Part shown: positions 33,148-35,546 of the stretch, one piece after another
Numbering within the stretch: position 1 is the first letter of the stretch
Layout: the number at the start of each line of letters is the position of its first letter
Assembly: GCA_003990765.1 (NCBI GenBank)
Contig: RBNJ01000248.1
Span: forward strand, 1 to 35,546
Reading direction: 5' to 3'
DNA: 35,546 nt
From: Jimgerdemannia flammicorona
Taxonomy: Eukaryota
Program-made: the position numbers and the translations under genes
The notes under the pieces: model-generated
The model's database searches: none
What the model was told of the DNA's origin: nothing
Seen by the model: only the letters and a program-made list of their open reading frames with translations

Positions 33148-35382
33148 ACGCCACCACCGCCCGACTTTTGAAGAATGTCCCGCGACATACGAATGGACCG
33201 CCATCGAGAATAGAACATACGAACTGTCGTCTGACTTTTGATGACATACGAACGGAACGGACCACCCAGGAGAATTAAAAGACGTTGCCCGAGTTAATTA
33301 TTTGAAGAATGCCACCCTACTTTTGACCACAGAATTGAAGACGTTGTATATGAACTGCCCGAGTGAAGAATACCGTCATCCGACTTTTGACGACATATGA
33401 ATGCCTATGACATACAAACATCTCCCGACATACGAATGGACTGCCACGGAGAGCTGAAGACATCATATATGAACCATTCGAGTTAATTATTTGAAGAATG
33501 CTGCCCGACATACGAACGCCTATGACATCCTGGAGAATTTGAAGACGAGCCGCCACCCGATTTTTGAAGACCCTGTCACCCGAACCGTCACCCGAAACCG
33601 CTGTCCGAATTAATTATTTGAAGACTTTTGAAACCTCGAATAACATTTTAACAATTGCCTGGATATATCATAAATATGTCCATGTAGGGGGAACAAATAT
33701 ATAAACATTGCAATGTAAGAATTTGAATAGGTATTTTTGTGTCAAAAATAACCTATTCAGGGGGAAGATGTGACGTATGGTATGAAATAGAAACAGGAAA
33801 TAGACATTTGATCGTAGTATCTGAATCCAATTTCCGATTTAGTATAGTCTTTTACTGCAGACACTGCATCTAAAACATTATCAGTGAAACTCTTGTTACT
33901 TTCACGAATTTCAGATAGGATTTCACATGAGATTCTACCTGAGAATTTCATATGAAAAGACTTAATACTTAGCCACATATTTAGTAGCAGAATTAGTGCA
34001 CAAATCTGTATAAATAACTCAGTATTTTAGAGTGAATAAACCTCAGTCAGAACAAGTCAGATCAAATCAGTCCAATTCCAAAATCTATCCAACTTACTAA
34101 ATTCCGTGTCCACTATGTTACAATATCTAGCTATAGATATATCATATAGTTCTTATGGGATTTATAAGTAGATAGAGGTATTAGAGATCTAAATTCTTAT
34201 ATTATTAAGTTATAGATCTTCTTTATAATGTGTTTCCTTTTTTGAGGATTTATTTAGCAATTTCTTATATATTGATATCCTTGGTATACTCTTTCTTAAC
34301 TTCTTTAAAAGACTGGTGATAATATTGCTAATTGCAGTAAGATCATTCTTCTGAGTACTCTAAGAGAGTATATTAGCTATTTTATTCTTAGTTCTAGTAA
34401 TATACTTGATTTCATTATCAAAGAGTATAAGGATCTACATCTATCAGATCTGTCTTTCTATAAGAATTAGCTATATCTGGATATATCAGAGGTCTTGATA
34501 ATTTGTCCATAAGGTAAATTTTTTGTTAAAGAGAAAATATCTTTATATTTTATAGAGATCAGATGATAGTGAAGAGTTCCTTATCTTATATAATATAGTT
34601 TCTTTTATATTTATTGAGTTTCAAAGATAGGTAGATAACAGAGTATTTATATTGAGTCAGAACAGCTCTAATGGTAATATTTGAAGTATTATTAGTATTT
34701 ATAAAGAGTTTTATTAAATCAGAACTAATTAAAATTAGTATATTAGTCAGTATTCTCTTAAGAGTATTCATGACTATAGTGTATCCTTCTGTTTATTCAT
34801 TTTTGACATTAACTCCTATTCTGATGAGACTTGTGAGTAGAAAGGCAATTATGGAGAATTTTTGAATAAATCTTTTATAATATCCTACTAGTCTATTGAA
34901 TCCTTATAAAAACTCAAGAGTCTTCAGAATAAGTTAATTATAGATTGTTTGGATCTTCTTAGGATTGATAAAAATACTATTTTCTGAGATAATGTATTCT
35001 ATATATTTGATTTTCTTCTTGAAGAAGTAGTATTTCTTCCTTTTTGCTAAGAGTTTGTATTTATGAAGTATGTCAAAAATCATTTATAAATATTATTAAT
35101 AGATGATATACCAGAATATCATCCAGATAGACCAGAATAAATATTTTAAGATATTTATAAAAGATATTGTTCATCAGTATTTGAAAGATTACTGATATAT
35201 TAGTAAGGTCAAATAGTATTATACAGAATTCATTATATCCAAATCTTATTTAAAAGGCTATTTTGGAGATATCTTCTTTTTTGATATAAATTTAGTAATA
35301 TTTAGATATATATAAGATTGATAAGTGAAAAGGTCTTAGCCTTATATACTTAATTAAGTAGTTTATCAATTTATAGAAGTAT

Positions 35383-35546
35383 TGTAATGTAGCGGACGCT
35401 TACTCTTGAAAGTACGTCGGATTTCTGTATCTTGAAAACTTGACTGTTCTGACTCTCGCAGAGTCTTCTTGAAGTTGCAGGGGAGGGTGGGTGAGTTCGA
35501 AGTGTATCTGCCCGCAGGCTTACTAGTTCCTTTGCTATCTCTTTGC
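35383..35546 (-). mobile_element. Probable LTR end of another, younger related element running off the window
   Basis: CpGs reappear at TGTAATGTAGCGGAC, whose reverse complement GTCCGCTACATTACA matches the small element's LTR end GTCCACTACATTACA. Confidence 0.6.

Larger units (their letters stand above)
32137..34122 (+). mobile_element. Complete 1986-bp non-autonomous LTR retrotransposon (TRIM/LARD-like)
   Basis: 354-bp LTRs 32137-32490 and 33769-34122 (TGT...ACA), 4-bp TSD ATAT, PBS TGGTGCCCATTGGC at 32494, PPT AGGGGGAAGA 33759-33768. TATAAATA (32377) and AATAAA (32403) lie in the LTR. No recognisable gag/pol inside. Confidence 0.93.
31208..35382 (-). mobile_element. Older degenerate Ty3/Gypsy pol remnant (RT, RNase H, integrase) interrupted by the 2-kb LTR element
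   Basis: Minus strand FILVYLDDIL (YLDD 35118-35129) and an integrase-like I.MDF near 31940. CpG-free and stop-riddled. Confidence 0.7.

Noticed and set aside
32515..33556. Short ORFs inside the non-autonomous element (e.g. AVWRSGGL repeats, 119-aa ORF)
   Set aside because: By-products of tandem repeats, with no gag/pol or other recognisable motif.
32122..33978. Twin ~74-aa minus-strand ORFs (32122-32346, 33757-33978)
   Set aside because: Identical only because the LTRs are young duplicates; short, antisense and running past the LTR boundary.

Overview
Eukaryotic, almost certainly fungal, DNA. The gene set (BTB-SPRY, intron-rich LaeA/Methyltransf_25-type methyltransferase, orphan membrane protein) resembles early-diverging Mucoromycota such as Endogonales, but that is inference. 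A CpG-normal gene island (~7.4-20 kb) holds a tandem BTB-SPRY pair (one copy with an 11-bp frameshift, the other decayed), a palindrome-bearing 3-copy repeat, an intronless single-pass membrane protein and an 8-exon SAM methyltransferase. It is flanked by AT-rich, CpG-stripped, C>T/G>A-hypermutated nested transposons (Copia, L1/Tx1-like LINE, several Ty3/Gypsy, two MITE families). The most interesting system is at 21.7-35.5 kb. It includes a near-complete Ty3/Gypsy element (minus strand, gag-PR-dUTPase-RT-RH-IN) whose ~1.58-kb LTRs each carry a recoverable ~318-codon extra ORF. Next to it lies a younger ~2-kb non-coding LTR element with different 354-bp LTRs that shares the Gypsy's ~70-nt PBS/leader, its PPT and a hairpin abutting the PPT, i.e. 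a candidate helper/satellite retrotransposon pair. All translations and alignments were done by eye; no searches were run.
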